DNA from: Haliotis cracherodii
Lineage: Eukaryota
NCBI RefSeq assembly: GCF_022045235.1
Contig: NW_027266286.1
Span: forward strand, 55,242,001-55,306,000
Length of the DNA: 64,000 nucleotides
Reading direction: 5' to 3'
The position numbers and the translations under genes are program-made. Positions within the stretch are counted from its first letter, which is position 1, and every line of letters starts with the position of its first letter. The notes under the pieces are model-generated. The model was not told where the DNA came from. It did not search any database and saw only the letters and a list, made by a program, of their open reading frames with translations. Shown here piece by piece: positions 49,608 to 62,344 of the stretch.

Positions 49608-52600
49608 TGAACCGCAAAAGAAACATCACCATAGATAGATATATGAGAAACCTTATTTGTCCAAACACTGTAAACATACTCTGAGACATATTAAAAAGAT
49701 CAAACTGATCAACAAGGTTTAAATTAAAGTGTCAAACACTAGTCTCTGAGAAAATGGCATCACAAATCAGTATCTCGTATGTCCGCCCTGTGCATTGATG
49801 ATTGCCGTGCAACGTCGATACATTGAATTGATGAGGCGGTTGATGAAGGGCCATGGGCACTGGAGCCCACACTCTGAGGAACGCCTGACGCAGTTCAGCT
49901 GCAGTTGTCGGCCTTGGTCGGACGTCATTCAGCTGTCTTTGAATCTCGTCCCACAGGTGCTCAATGGGATTTAAATCAGGACTGAGGGCAGGCCACTGCA
50001 TGGTTCTGATGCCATTCTGCTGGAGGAAGTCTCTTGTTGTACTCGCACTGTGGGCACGGGCGTTATCATGCTGAAACTCGTGGTTGCGGCGACGTGCCAA
50101 ATGAGGTATGGCGTGTGGTCTCAAGACTTGATCAATGTACCGAGCTGCTGTAACAACATTGCCTCTCCTTGGACCTATGTTCGGGGAGACCACAGGGCCG
50201 AGCCTCTGTGCAAGATCAATTCCACCCCACACCATGATGCTGGGACCACCCCACGGGTCTCTCTCAACAACACAAGCATCCGAATATCGTTCCCCACGGC
50301 GTCGCCGACTCTCGTCGGAGAAGAGGGTTCTTCTCCACTGCTAGTTGCGCTGATGGTGGTGCTGTGTTGCCCACTGATGACGGTCCCGGTGATGACGTGG
50401 TGTCAGAATGCGTCCTCGATGTGGCCTGTGACAGTGGAGGGGTCTGCTTGTCAATCGTCGAAGCACAGTGTCCACACTGATGTGTCGCTGGTGTGTCCCC
50501 ATGGTCTGTCGAACAGTTTCCGCAGCAGTAACAAAGCGATCTCGAAGATGTTGTCGCACAATCTGACGATCTTGACGTCGGGTGGTGACCCTTGGTCTAC
50601 CACAACGTGGTCGGTCATCTATAGTGTTGGTGGTCTGGAACTGTTGCTGGAACCTGTTTATGGTCTTTACGTGGACTTGAAATGCATTGGCTACTTGCCG
50701 GGCGGTTTGTCCAGCTTGCAATCGCCCAAGGGCTTGGTGTCGCTGATTTCTTGTCAATCTTGGCATGTGGTAGCAATTCAATAACGAATGAATGTTATCC
50801 GATCTGGGTGGATTTTTACAGGGCAAGAAATGGGGGAATTTGCACGGAACTCACATGCATCGGGTTACCATGGCCGTTGCCGTGATGCGTTTGGGCGATC
50901 GGTTTTATTCTCATCTGCTTTGTTTTTTTATCATCAAATTTCCGGACAAGGTAATGTTAAATTTTAGAAACTTGGAAAAAAATAACCCAGACATTTAAAT
51001 GACAACTATTCATGCAATGTTACTTGGGGTGGCGTTTCTTTTGCGGTTCAATATATACATACATCCTAATTTTATATATCCACACACATATTTTACATCA
51101 TTTACACATATATTACATTATACATATCCACACACACCAAATAATTCACACGAAAGTAAAATAACATTTGTCAATAATTAATAAATTACGCATGTGCATA
51201 CATATGCATCAATTTTCTATGCATCGTTTTTTATCAGTATTATTTTCGTATTCCAAATTATGAAACACTGAATTTAACGACTACATTCTCCAATTCATGG
51301 TTTTGGTCCTTTGGGAATTGGACTCAAACTTGGCACTTGTACAAAATCTTCATTCCCAATTTATAAGAAAATCACTATACATTTTTGTGAGAGAGTACAA
51401 CTGACCAGAGAAAACCATCTCACCCTGAAGGCTGCTTGAAGCTGAATCTTCTGAAACGAATCATAAAAATGTTGACAGTAATGATAGCATATGAAAACTT
51501 TCGAAGATAACACTTGCACCAGGGAGAAGACGGGAGGATAAATATACAGGCATCGGCACTATTTCAATCCAGAAGACATGATATATAATAGAATGAGGAA
51601 TTAATGCTTTATACTAACGTCATTAAGAATGATAGATAACTAATTCGTGAGGGAGTGAGTGCGGTAGGTGGTAGTGGCGCGTAACAGTATTCCAGTACTA
51701 TCAAGGTGGCAGTTGAATGTTGGAAGAAGTTTCATACTATTTTATTCATCGTATGAATTGACATCATTGGATGCTTGTCAAACTCCGTGATGTACACAGA
51801 GACATTGATATGTACACGTAACACTTTCAGCCTCAATACAGATCAAGAGACACCCCGTTGATCAGGAAGGAAATGTTTCCACTGAAGTAGTCAGGATTTT
51901 CAAATTTCTGAACGATGGCAAGATACCAAATAGTAACAAATGGGTTTCATTGTTCAGTGTTCGTATTTGACAGTTTAAAAAACTTACAACAACTATACAT
52001 AAATCTTATTCACATCTCCTTACCTTACGACATCAAAAAGACAGCGCTCCGCGAGGGTCTTGGATGAAGAAAGTTGTTTCACATTCCACTCCCTGGCTTT
52101 TATAAGGTCCATCACCGCTGTCATGTGACCTTGATGACAAGTCACCTTCCTCACATCACTGCCTGTCGATCGAGCTTAAAAAACATACTTTTGAGGTTTC
52201 TGAAGCCTACGTGGGGAGGCAAGTCTGCGGTCGGTGGGTCCTTAAACGTAGTAATGCAGGATAAGTATACACATGTAAAACATATTTAGAATTTACTAAT
52301 TTTTACTTATCCTGCATTACTCCTTTATGCATCTGTATCGGACAGTTTGGAGGCAGGAAACCTTCCGAAAGTCCGAAACCTTATAATTCACACCCCAAAC
52401 AATGACACATGTTTGTCATTAATCCGTGAGGCAGAAATAGCTTAGGAAAAACGATAGGGTCGTTCAATCTTCTTACAGAAGGAACGTAAGAATAAGAGGG
52501 TAGATCCCTATACATATTCAGTAATAAAGAAATACTAGCTAAACAGGTAATTCTTTACCAAAGAGCCTGGTAGAATAGATTGTCTAATTTTCTTCCACTG

Positions 52601-55600
52601 GCCGAGTCTCGGCGACCTGCATGGGAAGTAGACTGGCTCTGTATAGGGTGAGTTCATTATTTGCGTCGAGGGTTGGTTACCTACTGGGCTCCTACCAGAG
52701 GGCCGAAATCTCGCTCGCCTTCGACGTCCTCGAGAACCACAGCGTGAAGATAATGACAAGCGAAAACTGTGTCGGACCTCCAAAAACATCCTTCCATGAT
52801 AGTTTTAATAGAGCAGATACTATGTAACGCCATGGTCGAGGCTTACGCCCTCATAAGACTCGCGAGGATTATTCGCTCTCGGCGGATCAAGTTTGGCCAT
52901 ATCATAAGCCTGAAGGATGACTGCACGTAACCATAGAGATATGGTGTTGCGACTAACTTCGATCGTGGACGTAGGAGATAAAATAACCGTTTCCTCGAGC
53001 CACGCCTAGTTTTGGAACGGGGGATGAAAAATCGAAGTGCTCGCGCCGGGCACAAGAGAAGTTCACCCTCATCTTCGACTCCCACAATCTTCGATATAGG
53101 TGGGATGGTGAAGGAACGATCGGGTTGACCTGGTAATTGATATTTTGCTATAAAATCCCAGGTCAACCTGAGATGTACCGCTCAGTGCGTCCCATGCTCA
53201 AAACGGACCCGGGTGACGTCGATCGCATGTAGCTACCTCACCGTTGCCTCCGTGGCTAATGCCATGAGAAAAAATGTTGTCATGGTGAGGTCATAAAATG
53301 AAGATGCATTGAAGGGGGTCCTCACAAACCTCGAAGTACCACGTTCAATTCCCAAGCAGGGAACTTGGCCTTCTGATCCTCAAGCCTAAATAAGTGTAGT
53401 AGGGCCTGGAGTTCCGGCACCTTGGTCAGTCTTACTAGTTTCTGGAACAGCCAACACTGAGTGAAGTGCAACCAAATCCGTAGTAATTGTGCTACCTTTC
53501 AAGTGTTTCTTGGTACGCAAATGTAGGAGGTATTCGGTTAAGAATTGTTGTGACGCAGTCATGAGATCTTGTTTTTTGCCTTGCAAAGAGTCTCAAATGA
53601 TCACCACTTGTCATTGTATAATCCTCTGGTAGGAGGACGATGGGCTCAAACTATAGCTTTAGCTGCCCGTGCCGAATAGCCCTTCGCACTTAACGCCTTT
53701 TAAGACAAACCAAGTGTGCAGATGAAACCTGTCTGGCATTGGGTGAGGCAATTTGCTGTGAGGGTTGATGAGTAGGTTGGACAACTGTGGGAGGGGTAGT
53801 GGATCGTCTTCTGCTAGACTTCTGAGCTCAACGAACCACCCTCTCGCCGGCCACTAGGGCACAATCTCTTGTCTCTTTGATCTTTTGTATCACCTTGGGA
53901 AGTAGAACAAATGGCGGTAAGGCGTACGCTTTTAGGCCGTCCCAAGGGATGCTGAATGCATCCACTGCCCAAGCCTGCGGATCCGATAAGGGGGGAGACA
54001 TGCTTCATAAGTTGGTGGTTTTGGCACGTAGAAAACAAGTCGATGGCACGGTGACCGAACTTCTAAAGCAGTAACTGAAATGCTTCTGTGTGAAGTTTCT
54101 ACTAGTGCAGGTGACAAGAGGCATAAAATCTTTAGCCATCTGTACCTTGGTACTGATAGGAGATCCTGGTCTGTCTGGAATAGGCCTCCTATCAACTGGA
54201 ACTGATAACAAGGAGTTAACTCCGACTTCGCCTCGTTGATTATCTATCCCAGTTGATAAAGTAGCCTTCTGGTAAATTCCCGATGGCGTACTAACTTTGG
54301 TACGTCTGGATGACACAGGAGACAGTCATCTGTATACGACTCGAACCAAATGTTCCTCAGGTGTAAAATCGCAGTTATTGACTTCATTATGCGTGTATAG
54401 AGCCACGGGGCCACTGAAATGCCAAATGGGTGAACGCTCCATTGGTAGTGAACTCCATTGAACTGGAACCTGTGGAACCTGCGGTCGGAGGGATGGATGG
54501 GTATATGCAAGTGGAGACTGATAAAGGATTCGAACGCCTTTCTGCTGGTTCTGGCTCAACGTGGTAAGGTGGAAAAAAGGTGGACGCTTCAGGTAACGTT
54601 CTTGAGAGATTGTTGATCATACTCATCTTGTCTGAGTCCTTCTTGGGTACCAGGCAGATGTGAGGATAAAACCACGGTGTTAACTCTGCGGTGTAAACAA
54701 TCTATAGAGCTCCATTTACCAACAGTATGTCTTATTGGCTTTTAATAGCAGATGTTGCTTTCTTGGATATTTCCAAGGCAGGGGAGCTGCAGTCAACGAT
54801 GCGGTTACCTTTACGTCTCCTCGTCTAGATGTAGTACGTTGAGTACGTAATCGTCCTTGAGAATCGTCAAATTTTTCCAAAACAGATTCAGTCTCCCGCT
54901 GAAGGAAATCGACAATTGGTCCGCCTGGGGGCGGGAGTTCCCAGACGTGACTGTACAACACTTCAGTGTTTACCCCTCTTATCATCTCTTTTTATAATTG
55001 CCTGACCTGCCAGCCTGCTAGACTATGAGAGACATGCTCTGGAGCCTTGAGCGCTGTCTCATCCCTAGCGTAATTGGAAACTTTGGCGTGCGTGTCTGTG
55101 ATTTGTTAATGGAACAGAGAAGTAGATGACCAAGGTTGAGGTAGCAGCCTGCGCTTGAACTCAGAGTCCCAGTTGGAAAGCGCTAAATAACCAAGTCTGC
55201 GTGTGACGGTAATCTGATGCTGTTGGAAATCCACCATAGTTTGGAAATGATCTAATCAGATAGGGTTATCCTCTGATAGATCCTGATCCACTGCACGCGT
55301 TGAACGCTAGTGCTGACAAAGGTTTCAGTTCCCGCCTGATTTCCGTTTCTGTGAACGCAGCAAATCTGGTATCTTGTACCTTAAGGGTGGTTTGCCTTGA
55401 CGAGCCTGCCATCCTTTGTATGTCCTCACTAAACTATGAGCTTGGAGGGCGCCTCTGACACGAGACGGTTCTTGCCCTAAGCCGAGATGCATATTCCATT
55501 CCACAGAGAAATCGCCATACTCGCCATTTGATAAGTCCGACGAGTCATAGCGATGTTGACACACTCGCCCGGACGGCAATCAGGTTTTGCTCCGGCGCAT

Positions 55601-58600
55601 AGCGCCTCCTCTATGAGAAGGCTTTGATGATCTGCTTTGTAGTAAGAAGTCATGTGCCGATTTCCACGTACGCGCTTGCGTACTAGCGCTGCCCAACGAT
55701 GTATGCGCTGTACCAGTACAGGCCTGCTGCAAAATACGTTTGTGAATGACCTGTCTATAATTTGCAAAACTCGCTGGAGAGAGAGGTGCACAAATATTAC
55801 ATTTAAAGTTTGGAGAGCAAATCTGCGAGCATGCCAAACAACGTAGATGAGGATCCTTGGAATATTTTTTCCACGACAATTAGTACAACGCGCAAGCATA
55901 AGTTACGCAAAATAGAGAATTGTTGATGAGATTGAGTTGGAAGATTGTCATAGAATTAAACAATATTTTATCGGCAGATATTCTTACGAGTTGAAAGTGT
56001 ATACAAATATTGATACACGCAAACTCTATGTAACACAAAAGCTACTAGTATTTACAAACATATGAATATGTTATACATACCTAGCTGAGAATTGTAAACA
56101 ATTTGACTACCCTTGCAGGCAAACAATTGTAACACAAATCAAAATTGAGATATACAACGAACACGTGGAGGGAAAGAAAACAAACTACACACTAGTGAAA
56201 GTAATATGAAGAGAGTACATCTCCTATCGCAAATAAAATTTAGAATTATACTCTTCAAAAAAAGAAACTTGAAAAAGATGTAAAACCACTTTTTGACAAA
56301 TATCTAAAATAATTACATTAAATGAGAACCAAATAAGTCAAACAGAAAGATGATGTGTCTATAATTCGTGAAAACACATGCAAATCACATAAACGTAGTG
56401 TTTGGGGATCAATTTTACAGCTTCATCCAATCGCAACCAGCTGTAAAAAACATGCAGCACAGGATCCTGCATTTAGGCATGTAGGCCCCTCTGCTGAATG
56501 GGTATAAAAATCCACATCAACGACTGTTTATACAGTCCTTATAACGGCAGTAGAGGCGGTGACAGAATGCCAAGACTGAATGCAGCTCAACGGAACAACG
56601 CCATTAAGAGATTACAAGCTGGAGCAACTTAGCAAGAAGTGGCCAGGCACTTTGGTGTATCCAGACAGACAATCTCCGCACTGTGGACCCGATACAACAA
56701 CACCAACAGAGTTGACGACAGACCAAGGTCAGGAAGACCAAGGGTGACAACCCAAGCACAAGATCGATACATCTGGCTGCAACACCTCCGAGACCGCACT
56801 ACCACAGCCACGTCTACAACCACACAGATCCCTGGGGTACGCAGAATATCAGATCAAACGGTATGCAACAGGGACTTTTTGCACGAAGACCTGTTCGACG
56901 TCATGTGTTGACCCCACGTCATCTGGCGGACAGTCTGCTTTGGTGCCAACAGAGGGTTAGATGGGCACGTGCAAGGTGGAGAAATGTACTGTTTACTGAC
57001 GAGTCACGTTTCCTACACACACATGCTGATGGGCACGCACGTGTCTACAGACGTCAGGATGAAGGTTACGCCACCAACTGTGTGCAGCAGGTTGTCCCAT
57101 TTGGCGGTGGGAGTGTCATGGTATGGGCCGGAATTCATCACGGTGGTAGGACACCTCTCGTGCATGTGGCAGGTGCATTGACAGGTGTGCGTTACAGAGA
57201 CTTGATCCTACAGCCTTACGTTCTTCCTCACATCAACGTTCATGCCGGACAGTTCCAGCAGGACAACGCTCGACCGCATATTGCAAGTGTTTGTCAGGAC
57301 TTCTTACAGAACAACAACATCCAGACATTACCTTGGCCAGCCCGGTCACCAGATTTGTCGCAGAAGGAATCCACCGCCCCAAACACTTCCGATGCAAGTG
57401 GTGGGCACAACCGAAACTGACATTTTCTGTACCCCTGTGACATTAACTGTATCGTGTACGTGTGTCTGTCTAGGTGACACGATTAATGTTTTGAACATTG
57501 TGTACATTGATCTTCAAACATTGTTTCAATTATGGTTTCTGTGTCCTATTTTGAAACAATCGCATTATATTACATTTTGAAAATCAGTGTCAAGTTTCTT
57601 TTTTTGAAGAGTATATATCTGAAGCTGAAAGTCTAAAATTATCCAATCTATAGAGCTCCGCTGAGACATGTCCTTGCTGGATCGCGACAGACAGTGATCA
57701 GAGGAAGGTGACTTGTCATCAAGGTCACATGACAGCGCCGATGGTCCGTATTAAAGCAAGGGAGTGGAATGTGAAACAAATTTCTTCACCCAAAACCGTC
57801 GCGGTGCACTGTCTTTTTGTTGTCGAAAGGTAAGCAGTGAATGCATTAAGGAGTAATGCAGGATAAGTAAAAAATATTCCAATTAGGTTTATTGGAAGAT
57901 TCAACTTATGGAATCCATGTACATATGTAGTTACAAAACTGTTTTGTTTCCCCAAAAAGACATATGAAAGGATCGATTTCTCATTTCGTCTTTTGGTCAT
58001 TACTGTCAAAGTTTATAGGTATAGAAAAGTGAAGATACAATGAGGTCAGGTTACTCCAAATAAATCATTCTTTCTCAATTCAGACTGGCACTAGCAAGAT
58101 TTTGTAGCAGTTCATGCCATCAAAAGTTGAGACTGGTTGTTATTACAACATACATAGAGAATAAAGGTGGTGTATACATTGCAAAAATAATTATGAAGAA
58201 GATTAATACTATATTTTATTAGTATCTGAAAAATATAATTTTCTTCATAAAAAAATGTTAATATTCTCCTATCAACATCAAATGTATAAAGCCATCAAAC
58301 ACTCTGCCATGTTTGTCTACTATGCAAACCATTTGAGAGAGTCGTGTTAGTTTCAGGTTTAATAATACAGTACCTAGTGTGCATGGTTTATCTTGGCAAC
58401 CACAATATATCAATGTTTCAAACATATGATAATGAACCACCACTGTGAATATGGGCCGATGACCTACATTCTTCTTGACTAAAAAGACTTACAGACATGT
58501 GCTAAGCGAACTTACCGCCATATTGTACAACAGACCCATAGTTCATGCCAATGACAATGCTCTGGTTCACATTACTGTGAGATGCCCCACTGACATTGAG

Positions 58601-59063
58601 AGCTGTGAATGTAAATAAAATCCATAAAATATGTTTCATAATTATTAAGTAAAATCCTTGATTGAATAATATATCGTAACAGTAACAGTGTAACCACTAT
58701 TGATTACAATAGCAAACTTAAACCCATCAATATGATCAAGATGTATATGGCCACGTGTAGCACACGTACAAACCGTGTATAAAACATAAAGGTTTAATTC
58801 CTTGAATAATACGTATGACTTAAGTAAATTCCCACTACATCGTTGATATATCTTATGTCATTTTTGTTGATAAGTTACTAGCAGCAAATGTGGAGATGCA
58901 GGGTCAAGGTAGTAGTTCCACTTCTAACATGCTTACCTGCAGATGCATCCGACTGTCTCAACGAATCTCCTCCTGTAGCGTCTGTTGGTATGCTGTCCTC
59001 ACATTCCCCATGTGCCGTACTCGTACATCCAGCAGGTTGCAGTGTACCGTCTGGCGCATCCAT
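45799..59063 (-). CDS. NLR-like nSTAND3 NTPase-ankyrin repeat protein (gene B). Spliced model: 59063-58937, 58602-58516, 51450-51424, 48731-45799
   Basis: Acceptor cacag| at 48732 (-) extends the 934-aa ORF in frame with (D)ETEELYAETIFIETGAYREVWNALQTKDHVFICGSPGSGKTT, containing Walker A. LLVCDNVFG, VIMTSR, GFPYIC, FFKKP and KFSHP motifs follow, then ~13 canonical ankyrin repeats. All junctions are phase 1. Confidence 0.85.
48823..48984 (-). mobile_element. SINE family 1
   Basis: Family-1 sequence flanked by taccatttttatta repeats. Confidence 0.92.
49552..49604. repeat. (TA)n microsatellite
   Basis: Directly visible; abuts a Tc1 terminus. Confidence 0.97.
49605..51053 (-). mobile_element. 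Tc1-family transposon (second family), defective, in a gene B intron
   Basis: TIRs tactgaaccgcaaaagaaac / gtttcttttgcggttcaata with TA flanks. MPRLTRNQRHQALG...RPRCGRPRVTT, QHDNARAH and SPDLNPIEHLW motifs. Stop codon and frameshifts present. Confidence 0.95.
51424..51450 (-). CDS. Gene B 27-nt microexon (EDSASSSLQ)
   Basis: tttcag|...cagg|gtgaga on the - strand. Paralog of 11702-11728. Confidence 0.75.
52012..57874 (-). mobile_element. DIRS1-type tyrosine-recombinase retrotransposon, decayed, in a gene B intron
   Basis: Gag-like Cys/His motif DPHLRCLACSQICSPNFKCNIC (55580-55879), RT HIPIHP...PFGISVAP...YTDD (54244-54510), recombinase LLCPARALRFF (52843-53166). Inverted terminal repeats at ~52020-52175 and ~57680-57833; internal complementary region at 52300-52332. 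Confidence 0.9.
56249..57613 (+). mobile_element. Tc1-family transposon nested in DIRS1; same family as 31657-33182
   Basis: TA-flanked TIRs tactcttcaaaaaaagaaacttga, FTDES and QQDNARPH motifs, in-frame stop at 56630 and deletions near 57360-57395. Confidence 0.95.
58516..58602 (-). CDS. Gene B 87-nt exon with RHIM/amyloid-like motif (LNVSGASHSNVNQSIVIGMNYGSVVQYG)
   Basis: ttcacag|...ggcg|gtaagt, phase 1-1. Paralog of 9832-9927. Confidence 0.75.
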
Positions 59064-59086
59064 TCTGAGGCCATACTATCCCTCTC
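58937..59086 (-). CDS. Gene B putative first coding exon (MDAPDGTLQPAGCTSTAHGECEDSIPTDATGGDSLRQSDASA)
   Basis: tgtag| acceptor, in-frame TAG before the ATG at 59063, donor gcag|gtaagc in phase 1. Confidence 0.55.
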
Positions 59087-60964
59087 CTACATTTAATACA
59101 TTTCATGGTTAGGGGCCCAACAAATGATATTATGATGATTTAATCTGTTCCCGAAAATGGTAGTAAACACAATTTGACATTCTGGATGTTCTTAAACATC
59201 ATGTGGTTTTGTGTCCCCAAAATGGTTTAGACTGTCCATTCAGAGAAAGCAAAAAACAAATGTATATCTTGAAACGCTGATTGAAAACAATATTCTGCCT
59301 AATTAACAAAATCATTTTTTTACATTACTTTATGCTATTGTAACAGCAACGACAATGTTTACAAATATTTTTAAAAAACAGGTTCGTTAAGAAAAACGAA
59401 CTACCTTAAGGCTAAATGCCTAGTCACCCCACACAATTACTGGCATGAATCATGGACATTGCTTAATGGTAAATACAGGCAGGCACCTGCAGTCCCCGTA
59501 CATTAAATATTTTGGGTTGTTATATACTTCAAACGAAGAAGACACTCCTAACAACTTTGAAAAAAAGATAGAAAATATTATTCAAGTAAACATTTCAATC
59601 ACAATCAAAGCACAGTGTTAATGGTTACTTTGAAAGTTAGTTCCAGACCACTTTCATTGCAAGCTCATTGCATGATCATTATGTTCAACATTCAGAGCAA
59701 CCGAAACAAAGAATTTACATCTTTTGTTTAATACATGAACGTAATGAACATCAAACGTGATAATAAGAAACAAATGTATTTTCAAATCAAGAATTATTCT
59801 GTTCTGTTTCCATTATCAAAACAGGTAGGGTAGCCTAGAGATTGAAGTGTTCGCACGTCACGCTGAAGGTCCGGGTGTGAGGCCCTTCCGTGGTGCACCC
59901 CCCCCCCCCCCCCCCCCCCCCCCGACATGATATTGCATTATCGAACTGCTGCACGAAACATGAACACGCAATGCATTTAGATATCGTATCAATTCGTCTC
60001 TGCTCGTAACTACGTTTCACAAATCAGAATGGCTAATCAATCACATCTAAATGTGATTACAATCTGAGGATACAATTTAAGTAAACAAACGTGGAAAATA
60101 ATGACAACAGATGCAAGTGACCAGCGTGAAGCCAATATGTGAAAGTATCTTGTTTCCATACCCACCCTATCCTGGTTGTAGCTTCAACCCGTATGTTTAT
60201 TTTTGTAACAACAACCTCAAGCAAAATTCAGTCCACTCCGCCTAGCAACCAACAATATATTGAAAGTAGGAAAAGCCTCCCATTTTTAAAAAGGAGAGCA
60301 ACAATTGACTTTATGAATAGCGATTTCGAAAACACGATACTATTCATGCGCAATATCTCGCAGCATTGTATTAACAACATTCAAAGCGACAATGGGTGTG
60401 GCTACTGGGCTTCAGTTAGTTAATATTTTGTCATATTCGTAAATATTACTCAAACAAGTCTTCATTACGTTAGACAATACACAAAGACCCGTATGTATAT
60501 CAACAACACATACCTGACATGGTGTCATACTCCATTATATATAAGAATAGAACACACAGCCCTTCTGTAGTTACCTCCCTTTTGACACCTGAGTTTTGCT
60601 TGTAATAATATATGTACACGTTCTTATGTAACAGCCGAGAATGTACATTTACACTAAAAAACATATTAAAATGTTGTTAAACCCGAAACGGTCTAAGATG
60701 AAATATAGGGCAACCAGTATCATTGGGAGATTAAATATAGGGCAACATGAGACAAATGAATATACATTTCACTCATTTATGGATGTTAGGTAATCACATG
60801 TTAATATGGTGTCATGTTGTGGGTTAGAATCCTACGTTTGTCTGAATAATATATATAGCGCTATATAAATTTGTATTCGCTTAGGTCCTAAGCGGTGTAA
60901 AACACAACTCACTCAGTCACAAATAGATATTTTGGTAACTCGATTATTGAAATGTCAAACTTCA

Positions 60965-61410
60965 TCAAATCACCATGTAAATTATTAACAGTGTTGTGGC
61001 CAGTGGAATGGAGCATTCCAAACCAGCATGGAGTACCTGCCAATACAGTTTCCTGTCAGGGATGGCAGGGGAAGTATTTAAACTACCTTTACTTTTCACT
61101 TTTCTGTTGTTGCATTCACGGCCTTTATCCCCCCATATGATCTTGGGCAGAGGTGCGGTTGCAAATATTTTCCTCATGGTTTTGACCACAGAGTCTGGGG
61201 TCTTGTTTTTCATGGGTTCCACCCATACATATCTTGAAAAAATATTGATTGCTATTAACAAGTACGTGACACCATCATTGTCCGAAGCTATGTTAGACAC
61301 GTCTGCTAAGTCTATATCCCACCGAGCATTCAAACATGTAGCCACTACTCTGTTGTGCTTGAACTTACACCTCAAAGGCAACTGAAGCGAATAGGCGTCT
61401 TGTGGTGTAA
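60965..61410 (-). mobile_element. Polinton/Maverick-like retroviral-type integrase fragment
   Basis: DAYSL...WDIDLADVSNIASDNDGVTYLLIAINIFSRYVWVEPMKNK...GDKGRE resembles the Polinton rve integrase N-core. Frameshifted and truncated. Confidence 0.7.
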
Positions 61411-61766
61411 TCCGATATCAAATTTGTCCTCCTTTTTACCAGCTGACATGTATTGCACCACTGCTTGAAATATTACACGACAAGGCTGCCTCCTTTTTTA
61501 ACTCCTACCGACGCGCTCTTTTCTTAGCCAATGGTTAATCTCCATTTCACAATGATAAAAGTTGCCAGGAAGCTTCGCGTGTTTATGACCTCAATATACC
61601 AAGATTAGTTTCAAGTAGTTTACACTCTAACGATCAGTACAAGCTGCACTGAAAGGGACTTTGGTGACATTTCTTTGCTGGGGAATGCATTGTCTGCTAA
61701 CGACGACCTCCAGTATGTACAGACCAAAGGCTAAACTTCCGCTTCCATGAGGTCGGCTTCAACAAA

Positions 61767-61931
61767 GTGAGTGAGTGAGTATGCTTTTACGCCGCTTTTA
61801 GCAATATTCCAGCAATATCACGGCGGGGGACACCAGAAATTGGCTTCACACATTGTACCCATGTCGGGAATCGAACCCGGGTTTTCGGCTTGACGAGCGA
61901 ACGCTTTAACCACTAGGCTACCGGACCGCCC
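61767..61931 (-). mobile_element. SINE family 1
   Basis: Family-1 sequence flanked by the ggcttcaacaaag target-site duplication. Confidence 0.93.
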
Positions 61932-62344
61932 AGGCTTCAACAAAGACAATCCTACATGTACCTGTATATAGAGTAATGGTCTACCTGATGTATGGTCAAC
62001 ACGTTTGTCTACTGAAATTGACAGTACTTTCCTTGAAGTTTTAGATTGATATTTTTAGAATTTGGTAGTTTATGACGACCTCAAACTTTGAATGTGTATG
62101 TATTTATTTCAGTTGAGAACTGTCACTGAAATAATAAAATCTTAATGAATTTATAAATAAACATACTTAAAGGCAAAGTAATTGAGATTGTGTTCTTATT
62201 TATCCGTCCGAAAGTTAAAAGCACAGACCTTAAAAGTTCAATTTGTTCCTTAGAGTTTTTAAGCTGTATGTTCGGGTTGACTGAATTTTAAAAAGACTCG
62301 AAACTCATAATTTAATTTTTTTTTCCCAGCAATTGTCCACTAAA

